DNA of 64,000 bases from an uncultured bacterium (GCA_937900255.1 CALCDZ010000004.1:198391-262390), one strand, 5' to 3'. Positions 37,529 to 45,164 are shown, counted from the first letter of the stretch. Program-made: numbers and translations. Notes: a model not told the origin generated them from the sequence alone.

Positions 37529-38083
37529 ATGCATACCGTCATCGAGGATTTCCGTTCCGAGTTCGAGCAGGTCGTCGAGTTCTTCAGGTCGGACCTGAAC
37601 GGGTTGCGCACCGGGCGCGCCAACGCCGCCATGGTCGAAGACATCCCGGTCGAGGCCTACGGCGGCATGATGACCGTGAAGGGCGTCGGGTCGATCCTGG
37701 TCCCGGACGCCAAGACCATCATCGTCGAGCCTTGGGACAAGGCGCTCACCAAGGAAATCGAAAAAGCCCTCCGCCAGGCGCCGATTGGCGTGAATCCGGT
37801 GGTCGACGGCGCCCGCATCCGTCTGAGCCTCCCGCCGATGACCGAAGAAGGCCGCCGGGAGATGGTCAAGATCGTCGGTAAAAAGGCTGAAGAGGCGCAT
37901 ATCGGCGTCCGCGGCGTCCGCGAGCGCGCCAAGGACGAGCTCAACCGGATGGAAAAAGAGAAGGAGATCACCGAAGACGAGCGTTTCCGCCTCCAGGAGA
38001 CCCTTGAGACCATCGTCAAGATCTGGAACGACAAGATCCGCGACATCTCGGCCGAAAAGGAACAGGAAATCCTGACGATCTGA
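37529..38083 (+). CDS. frr: Ribosome recycling factor
   Basis: 184 aa, with VEDIPVEAYGGMMTVKGVGSILVPDAKTIIVEPWDKALTKEIEKAL and C-terminal helices. Confidence 0.9.
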   Translation: MHTVIEDFRSEFEQVVEFFRSDLNGLRTGRANAAMVEDIPVEAYGGMMTVKGVGSILVPDAKTIIVEPWDKALTKEIEKALRQAPIGVNPVVDGARIRLSLPPMTEEGRREMVKIVGKKAEEAHIGVRGVRERAKDELNRMEKEKEITEDERFRLQETLETIVKIWNDKIRDISAEKEQEILTI

Positions 38084-38099
38084 TGTCCATGCCCGGAAG

Positions 38100-38130
38100 C
38101 GTCCGCACCCTTGAAGGGTGCGGTTTCGTA
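38100..38130 (+). terminator. Hairpin plus U-rich tract between frr and glyQS (terminator or attenuator)
   Basis: CCGCACCC-ttgaa-GGGTGCGG followed by TTTCGTAT. Confidence 0.45.
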
Positions 38131-38146
38131 TGATAGCCTGGCCCAT

Positions 38147-39469
38147 ATGACTGACATGGAAAAACTGGTTTCCCTGGCGAAACGGCGCGGTTTCGTTTTT
38201 CCCGGCTCCGACATCTACGGCGGATTGGCGAACTCCTGGGATTACGGGCCGCTCGGCACCGAACTCAAGCGCAACATCATGGACGCCTGGTGGAAGCGCT
38301 TCGTGACGCGTCGCGACGACATGGTCGGCATCGACGCCGCCATCATCATGAATCCAAAGGTCTGGGAAGCCTCCGGTCACCTGGAAGCCTTCACCGACCC
38401 GCTCGTCGAGTGCAGGAAGTGCCACACGCGCTTCCGTGCCGACCAGATCGACGTGGCCAAGCCCTGCGCCCACTGCGGCGCCAAGGACGGCTTCACCGAA
38501 CCGAAGAACTTCAACCTGATGTTCAAGACGTTCCTCGGCTCCACCGAGAGCGCCGCCGACACCGCCTACCTGCGCGGCGAGTTGGCCCAGGCCATGTTCG
38601 TCGACTTCAAGCTCGTCGTCGATACCATGCGCAAGCGCGTGCCGTTCGGCATCGCCCAGCAGGGGAAGTGCTTCAGGAACGAGATCACGCCGGGCAACTT
38701 CATCTTCCGCACCCGCGAATTCAACCTGATGGAGTTCGAGTACTTCGTGCATCCCGACGAATGGCAGAAGCATTTCGAATACTGGCTCCAGGAGATGAAG
38801 GACTGGCTGGATTTCTGCGGCGTGAAGCGCGAGCACCTGGTCTTCCATGAGATCGAGGACGGCGAGCGGGCGCACTACTCCGCGCGGACGGTCGATATCG
38901 AATACCAATATCCCTTCGGCATCAAGGAACTCTACGGCATCGCGTACCGCGGCGATTATGACCTCAAGAAGCACATCGAGAAATCGGGCGAGGACCTTTC
39001 CTTCACCGATCCGGCGACCGGGCAGAAATACGTCCCGCACGTGGTCGAACCGACCTTCGGCATCGACCGCACCGTCCTGCTCGTGATGCTCGAAGCTTAC
39101 GCCGAAGAGCAGGCCGCGACCTCCGAAGAAGGCGAGACCGATCTGCGCGTCGTCATGCGCTTCCCGAAGGCACTCGCGCCGTTCAAGGTCGCCGTGCTGC
39201 CGCTCTCAAAAAAGGAAGAGCTCTCCGTTCCGGCTCGCGAACTGGCCGCCAAGCTCCGCCAGCATTGGGCGACCGACTACGACGAGACGCAGTCGATCGG
39301 CAAGCGCTATCGCCGCCAGGACGAGGTCGGCACGCCGTACTGCATCACCTACGACTTCGAGACGCTGAACGACCAGGCCGTGACCGTCCGCGACCGCGAC
39401 AGCATGAAACAGGAGCGCGTGAAGATATCGGAGCTCGAGGCGCATCTCACTCAACAGCTTGGCTTCTAG
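38147..39469 (+). CDS. glyQS: Glycine--tRNA ligase (class II, single-chain dimeric type)
   Basis: VFPGSDIYGGLANSWDYGPLGTELKRNI; class II motifs FRNEITPGNFIFRTREFNLME; a C-terminal anticodon-binding domain. The start is placed at ATG 38147; the track uses a TTG at 38111. Confidence 0.85.
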   Translation: MTDMEKLVSLAKRRGFVFPGSDIYGGLANSWDYGPLGTELKRNIMDAWWKRFVTRRDDMVGIDAAIIMNPKVWEASGHLEAFTDPLVECRKCHTRFRADQIDVAKPCAHCGAKDGFTEPKNFNLMFKTFLGSTESAADTAYLRGELAQAMFVDFKLVVDTMRKRVPFGIAQQGKCFRNEITPGNFIFRTREFNLMEFEYFVHPDEWQKHFEYWLQEMKDWLDFCGVKREHLVFHEIEDGERAHYSARTVDIEYQYPFGIKELYGIAYRGDYDLKKHIEKSGEDLSFTDPATGQKYVPHVVEPTFGIDRTVLLVMLEAYAEEQAATSEEGETDLRVVMRFPKALAPFKVAVLPLSKKEELSVPARELAAKLRQHWATDYDETQSIGKRYRRQDEVGTPYCITYDFETLNDQAVTVRDRDSMKQERVKISELEAHLTQQLGF

Positions 39470-39470
39470 G

Positions 39471-40751
39471 ATGGCGCTTTACCGGAAGACGACCCTCAAG
39501 AACGGCACCCGCGTCATCCTCGTGCCGTCCCACGACACGCAAGCCTGCACCGTGCTGGTGCTCTTCGAGGTCGGCAGCCGCTACGAACCCCCGGCGCTGG
39601 CCGGCGCCTCGCATTACGTGGAACACATGATGTTCAAGGGCACGAAGAAGCGCCCGACCACCATGGCGATCAGCCGCGACCTCGATTCGGTCGGCGCGGA
39701 TTACAACGCGTTCACCGGAAAGGACTACACCGGCTATTACATCAAGCTGAACGCCGAGAAGACGCCGCTCGCGGTCGACATGCTCCACGACATGCTCTTC
39801 CGTTCGACGTATCGCGCCGAGGAATGCAAGCGCGAGCGCGAGGTCATCAAGGAGGAGATCAACATGTACGAGGATAACCCGATCATGCAGGCCGAGGAAC
39901 TCCTGGAGGAACTCGTCTACCAAGGCGCACTGGCACGTCCCATCGCCGGCACGCACGCGACGATGGACGGCATCGGGCGCGAGGCGCTCATCCGGTACCG
40001 CGACGAATATTACGTGCCGTCCCGGATGATCGTCTCGGTGGCCGGCAAGATCGGCGACGACGTCCTGGGCCTGCTTGAGGCGACCTTCGGCCGCGTGAAG
40101 GAACCCAGGAAGAAAGCCCGTACGTTCGCCCCGTCCGCCCTTTCGGCAGGCGGACCTCGATTGGCCTTGAAATACAAGGATACCGAGCAGATCCAGTTCG
40201 CGCTCGGGTTTCCCGGCTACCCGTACGGCCACCCCAAGATGGCGGCGCTCAGCGTGCTCTCCACCATCCTGGGCGGCGGCATGTCCTCGCGCCTGTTCAC
40301 CGAAGTGCGCGAACGGCGCGGCTTGGCGTATTCGGTCCGCTCGGGCCTCAACCCGTATCAGGACGTCGGGAATTTCGCGATCCAGGCGGGGCTCACCAAG
40401 GCCAAGATCGAGGAAGGCATCACGGTCATCCTCAAGGAAATCGGCAAGCTGGTGAAGTCGGGCGTGACGGCCGAAGAATTGACGCGCGGCAAGGAATACA
40501 TCAAAGGAAAGACGGTGCTGGGCCTCGAAGAGTCGAGTGCCCTGGCCGAATTCTTCGCCAAGCAGGAGCTCCTGCAGCGCGCGATGGAGACGCCGGAAGA
40601 GAAACTCGCCAAGATCGAGGCCGTCACGCGCGAGGAGATCCGCGACGTCGCCAGAGAGATCTTCCGCACGTCATCCCTTTCGGCGGCGCTGATCGGTCCC
40701 TATAAGGACAAGGCGCCGTTCATGAAGCTCCTGCGTGTCCCGAACGCCTGA
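39471..40751 (+). CDS. M16-family zinc peptidase (insulinase-like)
   Basis: HYVEHMMFKGT is the inverted HxxEH zinc motif. About 426 aa. Confidence 0.7.
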   Translation: MALYRKTTLKNGTRVILVPSHDTQACTVLVLFEVGSRYEPPALAGASHYVEHMMFKGTKKRPTTMAISRDLDSVGADYNAFTGKDYTGYYIKLNAEKTPLAVDMLHDMLFRSTYRAEECKREREVIKEEINMYEDNPIMQAEELLEELVYQGALARPIAGTHATMDGIGREALIRYRDEYYVPSRMIVSVAGKIGDDVLGLLEATFGRVKEPRKKARTFAPSALSAGGPRLALKYKDTEQIQFALGFPGYPYGHPKMAALSVLSTILGGGMSSRLFTEVRERRGLAYSVRSGLNPYQDVGNFAIQAGLTKAKIEEGITVILKEIGKLVKSGVTAEELTRGKEYIKGKTVLGLEESSALAEFFAKQELLQRAMETPEEKLAKIEAVTREEIRDVAREIFRTSSLSAALIGPYKDKAPFMKLLRVPNA

Positions 40752-40756
40752 AACCT

Positions 40757-41509
40757 ATGCATAAGCTTTTCTTGGCCAACTGGAAGATGTACCTGAGCGA
40801 CGCCGACGCCGAAGCGCTGGCGCGGGTGTTCCTCGAAAGCGCGCTGGCGACGCCGGCGGACGTGGCCGTGGCCCCTTCATTCACCGCGCTCGACCGCGTG
40901 GCGCGGGTCCTGCATGGTTCTCCGGTCTCGCTCGGCGCTCAGGACGTCTTCTGGACCGATGGCGGAGCGTATACGGGCGAAGTCTCGCCACGGCAGCTTC
41001 TTGACCTGGGAGCCCGCTATGCCATCATCGGCCACTCCGAACGCCGCGCGTATCTCGGGGAGACGGATGCCATGGTCGCGAAGAAGGCTTCCGCCGCGCA
41101 GTCGGCCGGGTTGACGCCGGTCATCTGCGTCGGTGAAACCATGGAGGAGCGCGAGAGCGGCAGGCATGAAGCCAGGGTCTCTTCACAGGTGCTTTCGGCA
41201 TGCGAAGGACTGCCCGTCTCTCCGGACCGCCCGCTGGTCGTTGCGTATGAACCGCGCTGGGCGATCGGCAGCGGAACGCCCTGCCGCGTTGAGGACGTCG
41301 TCCTGATGCATGGCGTGATCCGCGCCACTTTGGCCGGTCTTGCGGGCGAGGACGCGGCACGGAGCGTCCGAGTGCTCTATGGCGGCTCCGTCGACCGGTC
41401 GAACGTCGCGGAGTATCTGGCTTCGCCGGCCGTCGATGGCGCCCTCGTCGGGGGTGCGAGCACTCGGCCGGACGAAGTCCGCGCCCTCATTTCGGCCTTC
41501 GCCCGCTGA
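40757..41509 (+). CDS. tpiA: Triosephosphate isomerase
   Basis: ANWKMY, AIIGHSERR, the VAYEPRWAIGSG loop, and YGGSV. Confidence 0.9.
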   Translation: MHKLFLANWKMYLSDADAEALARVFLESALATPADVAVAPSFTALDRVARVLHGSPVSLGAQDVFWTDGGAYTGEVSPRQLLDLGARYAIIGHSERRAYLGETDAMVAKKASAAQSAGLTPVICVGETMEERESGRHEARVSSQVLSACEGLPVSPDRPLVVAYEPRWAIGSGTPCRVEDVVLMHGVIRATLAGLAGEDAARSVRVLYGGSVDRSNVAEYLASPAVDGALVGGASTRPDEVRALISAFAR

Positions 41510-41511
41510 GT

Positions 41512-42432
41512 ATGTGGAACCTCATCGGTTTCATCCTCCTCGCGACCGGCGCCTGGCTCGTCTACGGCGTCCTGGTCAAGAAATTCCCCCAGCTCAAGCT
41601 GATCGATCTTTCGACGTTGGCCAAAGAGCGCCATGCCGAGGTGAAGGCGCGCATCATGCGCACGCGCTTCGATCGCGGCCTCGGCGAGGTCCGTGACAAG
41701 ACGGCTACGGCCGTCGGCAGGGCCGCGTCCGGCATCCGCGGCGTCTTCGAGCGTGCCTACGGCTCGCTTCGCCGCATGGAGTCGAAGATGGAAGCGAGGG
41801 CCGTGATGGAAGCGAGGACCGTCCCTGCAGCGAAGATTGTGCCGAAGACGCCTGCGGCGACGGCGGACATCCCGACGGATTTGGAGTCGGCCGAGCGCGC
41901 GCGCAGGGAAGCGCGTTACGAGGAGGCCGAACGCGCGTACATCGCCGCGCTCAAGGAGGACGCCAAGAACATCGATGCCTATCGCGGCTTGTCGGATCTG
42001 TATATCGACCAGAAGCTTTACGATCAGGCCGCCGAGACGCTGGAGTTCCTCCTGCGCCTCACCGGGGACGACGACCGGGCGCTCGGGCGCCTCGGGCTGG
42101 TCGAAGTTTCGCGCGGCAACTTCGAACGGGCGGAGGCCCGCTACTTGCGTTCGATCGAGATTTCGGCCAACGCCACGAGTTATCGGGCCGAGCTCGGGAA
42201 GGTCTATCTGGCGGCGGGGGATGTCCCTCGGGCCTACGAGCAGTTCCGGGCCGTCCTCCAAGAGGAACCGCACAACCCCAAGTACCTTGATTATTTTTTG
42301 GAAGCGAGTATACTCGTAAGCGACCCGGACGCGGCCCGTGGAGCCCTGGGGGCTCTTGAGGAGGTCAACCCCGAGAACGCCAAGCTCGAGGAGTTCCGCA
42401 AGCGGGTGGAGGAGATGCCGGAAAAGGCTTGA
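41512..42432 (+). CDS. Membrane-anchored TPR-repeat protein
   Basis: N-terminal TM helix, then TPR-like repeats (YEEAERAYIAALKEDAKNIDAYRGLSDLYIDQKLYDQAAETLEF...). Confidence 0.5.
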   Translation: MWNLIGFILLATGAWLVYGVLVKKFPQLKLIDLSTLAKERHAEVKARIMRTRFDRGLGEVRDKTATAVGRAASGIRGVFERAYGSLRRMESKMEARAVMEARTVPAAKIVPKTPAATADIPTDLESAERARREARYEEAERAYIAALKEDAKNIDAYRGLSDLYIDQKLYDQAAETLEFLLRLTGDDDRALGRLGLVEVSRGNFERAEARYLRSIEISANATSYRAELGKVYLAAGDVPRAYEQFRAVLQEEPHNPKYLDYFLEASILVSDPDAARGALGALEEVNPENAKLEEFRKRVEEMPEKA

Positions 42433-42439
42433 AGATGAT

Positions 42440-42515
42440 GCCGACGTAGCTCAGTTGGTAGAGCGTGTCCATGGTAAGGACAAGGTCACCGGTTCGATCC
42501 CGGTCGTCGGCTCCA
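42440..42515 (+). tRNA. tRNA-Thr (anticodon GGT)
   Basis: Cloverleaf GCCGACG / GCTC-AGTTGGTA-GAGC / TGTCC-ATGGTAA-GGACA / ACCGG-TTCGATC-CCGGT / CGTCGGC-T-CCA. U33 and A37 are present. Confidence 0.8.
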
Positions 42516-42599
42516 GGGCAGTTACTCAAGCGGTCAACGAGGGCAGACTGTAAATCTGCTGGCCTTGTGCCTTCCAAGGTTCGAATCCTTGACTGCCCA
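42516..42599 (+). tRNA. tRNA-Tyr (anticodon GTA), type II with a long variable arm
   Basis: GGGCAGT...GCAGA-CTGTAAA-TCTGC, a long variable arm, CAAGG-TTCGAAT-CCTTG, ACTGCCC-A. It directly abuts the preceding tRNA. Confidence 0.75.
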
Positions 42600-42605
42600 C
42601 CAGGC

Positions 42606-42681
42606 CACCTTAGCTCAGCCGGTAGAGCACCAGTTTTGTAAACTGGTTGTCCCGGGTTCAATCCCCGGAGGTGGCTCCAGC
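42606..42681 (+). tRNA. tRNA-Thr (anticodon TGT)
   Basis: GCCACCT / GCTC-AGCCGGTA-GAGC / CCAGT-TTTGTAA-ACTGG / CCGGG-TTCAATC-CCCGG / AGGTGGC-T-CCA. Confidence 0.8.
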
Positions 42682-42761
42682 GACGATCATCCAGGTCCGC
42701 AAGGGACTTGACGAAAAACCCGCCCAAGGGCATACTTGCCCAGTCAATTTCAACGAATACT

Positions 42762-42923
42762 ATGTCCCAGGACAACCTCATCAAGCTGGAGTGCACCGTG
42801 CTTGGGTGCAAGAACGCCAACTACCACTCGCACAAGAACAAGAAGAAGCTCAAGGTCCGCCTTGAGATGAGCAAGTATTGCAAGAACTGCAAGAAACACA
42901 CGGTCCACAAGGAGACCAAGTGA
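42762..42923 (+). CDS. rpmG: 50S ribosomal protein L33
   Basis: [53 protein letters not shown]. This is the L33 pattern with a zinc-ribbon CxxC...CxxC and the KNKK, RLEL, KYC and HKETK blocks. Confidence 0.8.
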   Translation: MSQDNLIKLECTVLGCKNANYHSHKNKKKLKVRLEMSKYCKNCKKHTVHKETK

Positions 42924-42935
42924 GGATGCGATCTT

Positions 42936-42963
42936 GGCCGCCCGAAAGGGCGGTCTTGATTTT
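42936..42963 (+). terminator. Rho-independent terminator after rpmG
   Basis: GGCCGCCC-gaaa-GGGCGGTC followed by TTGATTTTCAC. Confidence 0.55.
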
Positions 42964-43763
42964 CACCTGAGAAGTTCGAATCGGTACCCGTGCTTCCGGA
43001 GCTTGGGAATCAGGACTTTGAGAGCCGCGCCGGTCGCCGGGGCGTTCGGTCCGCCGAGGTGCATGAGGATCACCCCGCCCGGGCGCGCCGCGGACATGAC
43101 GGAACGCGCGATCGCGTCAGGGTTCCGATTGAAGGCGTCTCCCGAGAAGACGCTGCCGTCGTCGATCCGCAGTCCTGCGGATGCGACGAGCGCGTCGTCA
43201 TGGGCAGAGCGGCAAAGGCCCGGGTAGCGGAAAAGGGTCGGGGCGCGACCGGTCAGGCCTTCCAGGATGCGCTGGGTCTTGGAGATCTCCTCGAGCTTGG
43301 CGGCGTCGGTGGAGACCGTCGGCAGCCCGTAGCAGGGACTCTCGAAGCCGGCGTGGTCGTAGCTGTGGTTGCCGAAAGCGTAGGACCCTTCGGACGCGAG
43401 CTTCCCGATCAGTTCTGGGTACGCTTCCGCGAACAGGCCGGTCACGAAGATGGTGGCCGGCACGCGCTCCGCGTCGAGCGTCTCGATGATGGAGGGATCA
43501 TACCAGGAAGCGACGCGGCCCGAGCGCAAGCGCTTCAGCATGCCGGGCGTCATGTCGGCATCAAAGGTGAGGTAGATCGGCCTGCCCTCCTCAGGCGTCC
43601 CCGTCGCCGCTGGACCGGCTTCGGGAGCCGTGGTCGCGGCGGGCGCAAGGCGGCGTGGGAGGGAAGCGGCCTTTTCCGGGCTGCCTGTCCGCACGCAACC
43701 TGCCCCGATCGACGCGATGAGGGAGACGGCCAGCAGCAGCTTCATTCCGGAATCGTTTTTCAT
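42963..43763 (-). CDS. Polysaccharide deacetylase (NodB/CE4) lipoprotein
   Basis: Lipobox LIASIGAGC. NodB motifs: TFDADM (TFDD-like), GNHSYDHAGF (H-S-x-x-H) and ILMHLG. The start is placed at MKNDSGMKLLL; the ORF is open to 43799. Confidence 0.7.
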   Translation of the reverse strand: MKNDSGMKLLLAVSLIASIGAGCVRTGSPEKAASLPRRLAPAATTAPEAGPAATGTPEEGRPIYLTFDADMTPGMLKRLRSGRVASWYDPSIIETLDAERVPATIFVTGLFAEAYPELIGKLASEGSYAFGNHSYDHAGFESPCYGLPTVSTDAAKLEEISKTQRILEGLTGRAPTLFRYPGLCRSAHDDALVASAGLRIDDGSVFSGDAFNRNPDAIARSVMSAARPGGVILMHLGGPNAPATGAALKVLIPKLRKHGYRFELLR

Positions 43764-43807
43764 GGCGGCAGTATAGCGGGACCCCCGTGTTCCCGTCACG
43801 TCCGGCC

Positions 43808-43836
43808 TTGCCAGGGGTGCGCCGCTGGGCTATCAT
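43808..43836 (+). promoter_or_regulatory. Promoter of tRNA-Trp
   Basis: TTGCCA (43808-13), 17-nt spacer, TATCAT (43831-36), about 28 nt upstream of the tRNA. Confidence 0.45.
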
Positions 43837-43864
43837 GCGTTCGTGCTTTCCGGCCGAAAAACAC

Positions 43865-43938
43865 GGGGGCGTGGTGAAATGGTATCACAAGGGTCTCCAA
43901 AACCCTTGTCGTGGGTTCGATTCCTACCGCCCCTGCCA
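43865..43938 (+). tRNA. tRNA-Trp (anticodon CCA)
   Basis: GGGGGCG / GTGA-AATGGTA-TCAC / AGGGT-CTCCAAA-ACCCT / GTGGG-TTCGATT-CCTAC / CGCCCCT-G-CCA. Confidence 0.8.
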
Positions 43939-44015
43939 AGAGCTGGCTTGTACCTGAGACTTCCTAGCGAAGTCGAGCCCCAGTTCCCAAGACCGAGTCC
44001 CACAAGCCAGTTGCT

Positions 44016-44048
44016 GAAAAACCGCCATCTCAGGATGGTGGTTTTTCA
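44016..44048. terminator. Strong bidirectional Rho-independent terminator
   Basis: AAAAACCGCCATC-tcag-GATGGTGGTTTTT is a 9-bp stem with A and T flanks. Confidence 0.65.
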
Positions 44049-44125
44049 GTCATTCCGATGTGCAACATCGTCTTAAAGCCCTGGAACATGTCTGATTCAT
44101 CATCGCTTGCTGTCGTACGTCCCGC

Positions 44126-44154
44126 TTTACAAATATCCGGTCTTCCATTATGAT
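44126..44154 (+). promoter_or_regulatory. Promoter of precursor-peptide gene 1
   Basis: TTTACA (44126-31), 17-nt spacer, TATGAT (44149-54). Confidence 0.5.
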
Positions 44155-44161
44155 TCGGCCT

Positions 44162-44226
44162 GTCGAGAAACGGTCAGGGGCATCCATGCCGGATGCCCGG
44201 CCGGTTTCACGGCATATACGGAAGGA
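44162..44226 (+). promoter_or_regulatory. Conserved structured 5' leader, copy 1 (hairpin or dyad operator)
   Basis: GTCGAGAAACGGTCAGG, then the hairpin GGCATCC-atgcc-GGATGCC (44179-97), then CGGCCGGTTTCACGGCAT and the Shine-Dalgarno GGAAGGA. About 85% identical to copy 2. Confidence 0.45.
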
Positions 44227-44232
44227 AAAACA

Positions 44233-44409
44233 GTGAAAAGACAGAAAGCGAAATTGCAACTGGGCCGCGAGACGTTGAGGGCGCTGACCGAGGCGGACGC
44301 CCGCGAGGTCCTCGGCGGCCAAGGTCCTCGGACCTCGTCGCAGTTTGGTAGCTGCAACAGCTGCGATCTGAGCTGCCCGCCCGGATGCTCGCCGAGCATC
44401 ACCTGCTAG
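44233..44409 (+). CDS. Double-glycine-leader peptide precursor 1 with a Cys/Ser/Thr-rich core (58 aa; RiPP or bacteriocin-like)
   Basis: GTG start 6 nt after GGAAGGA. Product: MKRQKAKLQLGRETLRALTEADAREVLGG | QGPRTSSQFGSCNSCDLSCPPGCSPSITC. The leader ends in GG, with L at -12, D at -8 and V at -4. The core has 5 Cys, 7 Ser and 2 Thr. Confidence 0.55.
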   Translation: MKRQKAKLQLGRETLRALTEADAREVLGGQGPRTSSQFGSCNSCDLSCPPGCSPSITC

Positions 44410-44424
44410 GCAGGCTGGCATCAC

Positions 44425-44453
44425 GCCGCTCCTGATGGAGCGGCTTTATTTAT
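44425..44453 (+). terminator. Rho-independent terminator
   Basis: GCCGCTCC-tgat-GGAGCGGC followed by TTTATTTAT. Confidence 0.6.
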
Positions 44454-44476
44454 GCTTCATATGGACCATGTGCCTC

Positions 44477-44505
44477 TTGACAGGGTTTTTGATCTTCTGT
44501 ACACT
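44477..44505 (+). promoter_or_regulatory. Promoter of precursor-peptide gene 2
   Basis: TTGACA (44477-82), 17-nt spacer, TACACT (44500-05). Confidence 0.55.
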
Positions 44506-44512
44506 CCGGCAA

Positions 44513-44583
44513 GTCGAGGGACGGTCACGGACATTCATTCCGGATGTCTGGCCGGTTTCACGACATGTACACAGGAAGGAAGA
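44513..44583 (+). promoter_or_regulatory. Conserved structured 5' leader, copy 2
   Basis: GTCGAGGGACGGTCACGG, then the hairpin GACATTC-attcc-GGATGTC (44530-48), then TGGCCGGTTTCACGACAT and the Shine-Dalgarno GGAAGGAAG. Confidence 0.45.
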
Positions 44584-44586
44584 AGG

Positions 44587-44790
44587 ATGAAGCAATTGCA
44601 TCGGAAGAGACTGGTGCTCGGAAGCGAGACCGTGCGAGTCCTGGCCGACACGGACCTCACCGTGATCGCCGGCGGCATGATCAGCAACAGCAATCTGACG
44701 TGCACTCCGCAGTGCGAGACCCGAATCGGCTGCCCGAGCCAGATCGTCACTTGCGGGCGCTGCACCTCGCAGGGTGAGGCGGGCTGCTGA
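44587..44790 (+). CDS. Double-glycine-leader peptide precursor 2 with a Cys/Ser/Thr-rich core (67 aa)
   Basis: MKQLHRKRLVLGSETVRVLADTDLTVIAGG | MISNSNLTCTPQCETRIGCPSQIVTCGRCTSQGEAGC. L at -12, D at -8, L at -7, I at -4, and GG at -2 and -1 fit the double-glycine leader consensus. The core has 6 Cys, 4 Ser and 5 Thr. Confidence 0.6.
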   Translation: MKQLHRKRLVLGSETVRVLADTDLTVIAGGMISNSNLTCTPQCETRIGCPSQIVTCGRCTSQGEAGC

Positions 44791-44809
44791 TCGGCAGCAC
44801 GAGCCCGTA

Positions 44810-44840
44810 CCGCCGCTCGTTGTAGTGGCGGTTTTTTCTT
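44810..44840 (+). terminator. Rho-independent terminator
   Basis: CCGCCGC-tcgttgta-GTGGCGG followed by TTTTTTCTT. Confidence 0.6.
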
Positions 44841-44874
44841 AAAGACTTTTTGTCCCGAGGATTTGCTATGCTGT

Positions 44875-45123
44875 ATGCCTATGCCTTGGTATGCCTATCT
44901 CTTGCGCTGCGGCGACGGGACGCTGTATGCGGGCGCGACTAATGACGTGGAGGTCCGTTTTAAGGCCCACGAGGAAGGGCGCGGCGCGAAATATACGCGA
45001 GGGCGCGGTCCGCTCACGCTCGTCTGGAAGAAAAAGACGGCGGGACGGAGCGCGGCGCTCAGGCTGGAGGCGCGAATCAAGAGGATGACGCGCCAGGCCA
45101 AGCTGGATTTGCTGAAGGGCTGA
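44875..45123 (+). CDS. GIY-YIG nuclease superfamily protein (YhbQ/UPF0213-like)
   Basis: MPMPWYAYLLRCGDGTLYAGATNDVEVRFKAHEEGRGAKYTRGRGPLTLVW matches the GIY-YIG pattern of YhbQ-type proteins. The start is 44875 or 44881. Confidence 0.7.
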   Translation: MPMPWYAYLLRCGDGTLYAGATNDVEVRFKAHEEGRGAKYTRGRGPLTLVWKKKTAGRSAALRLEARIKRMTRQAKLDLLKG

Positions 45124-45164
45124 CGCTTCCAAAAAAGCGCCATTGTTGCTAGCGTAGACGCGTT

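Noticed and set aside
33405-37644. Large minus-strand ORFs (33405-35537, 35311-36382, 36379-37644)
   Set aside because: They are antisense to the GT4, holB and BNR-lipoprotein genes, which have clear motifs.
44186-44236. A 16-codon uORF starting at the ATG in the hairpin loop of peptide-gene-1 leader
   Set aside because: The loop ATG is not conserved in copy 2 (loop is ATTCC), so it is unlikely to be functional.
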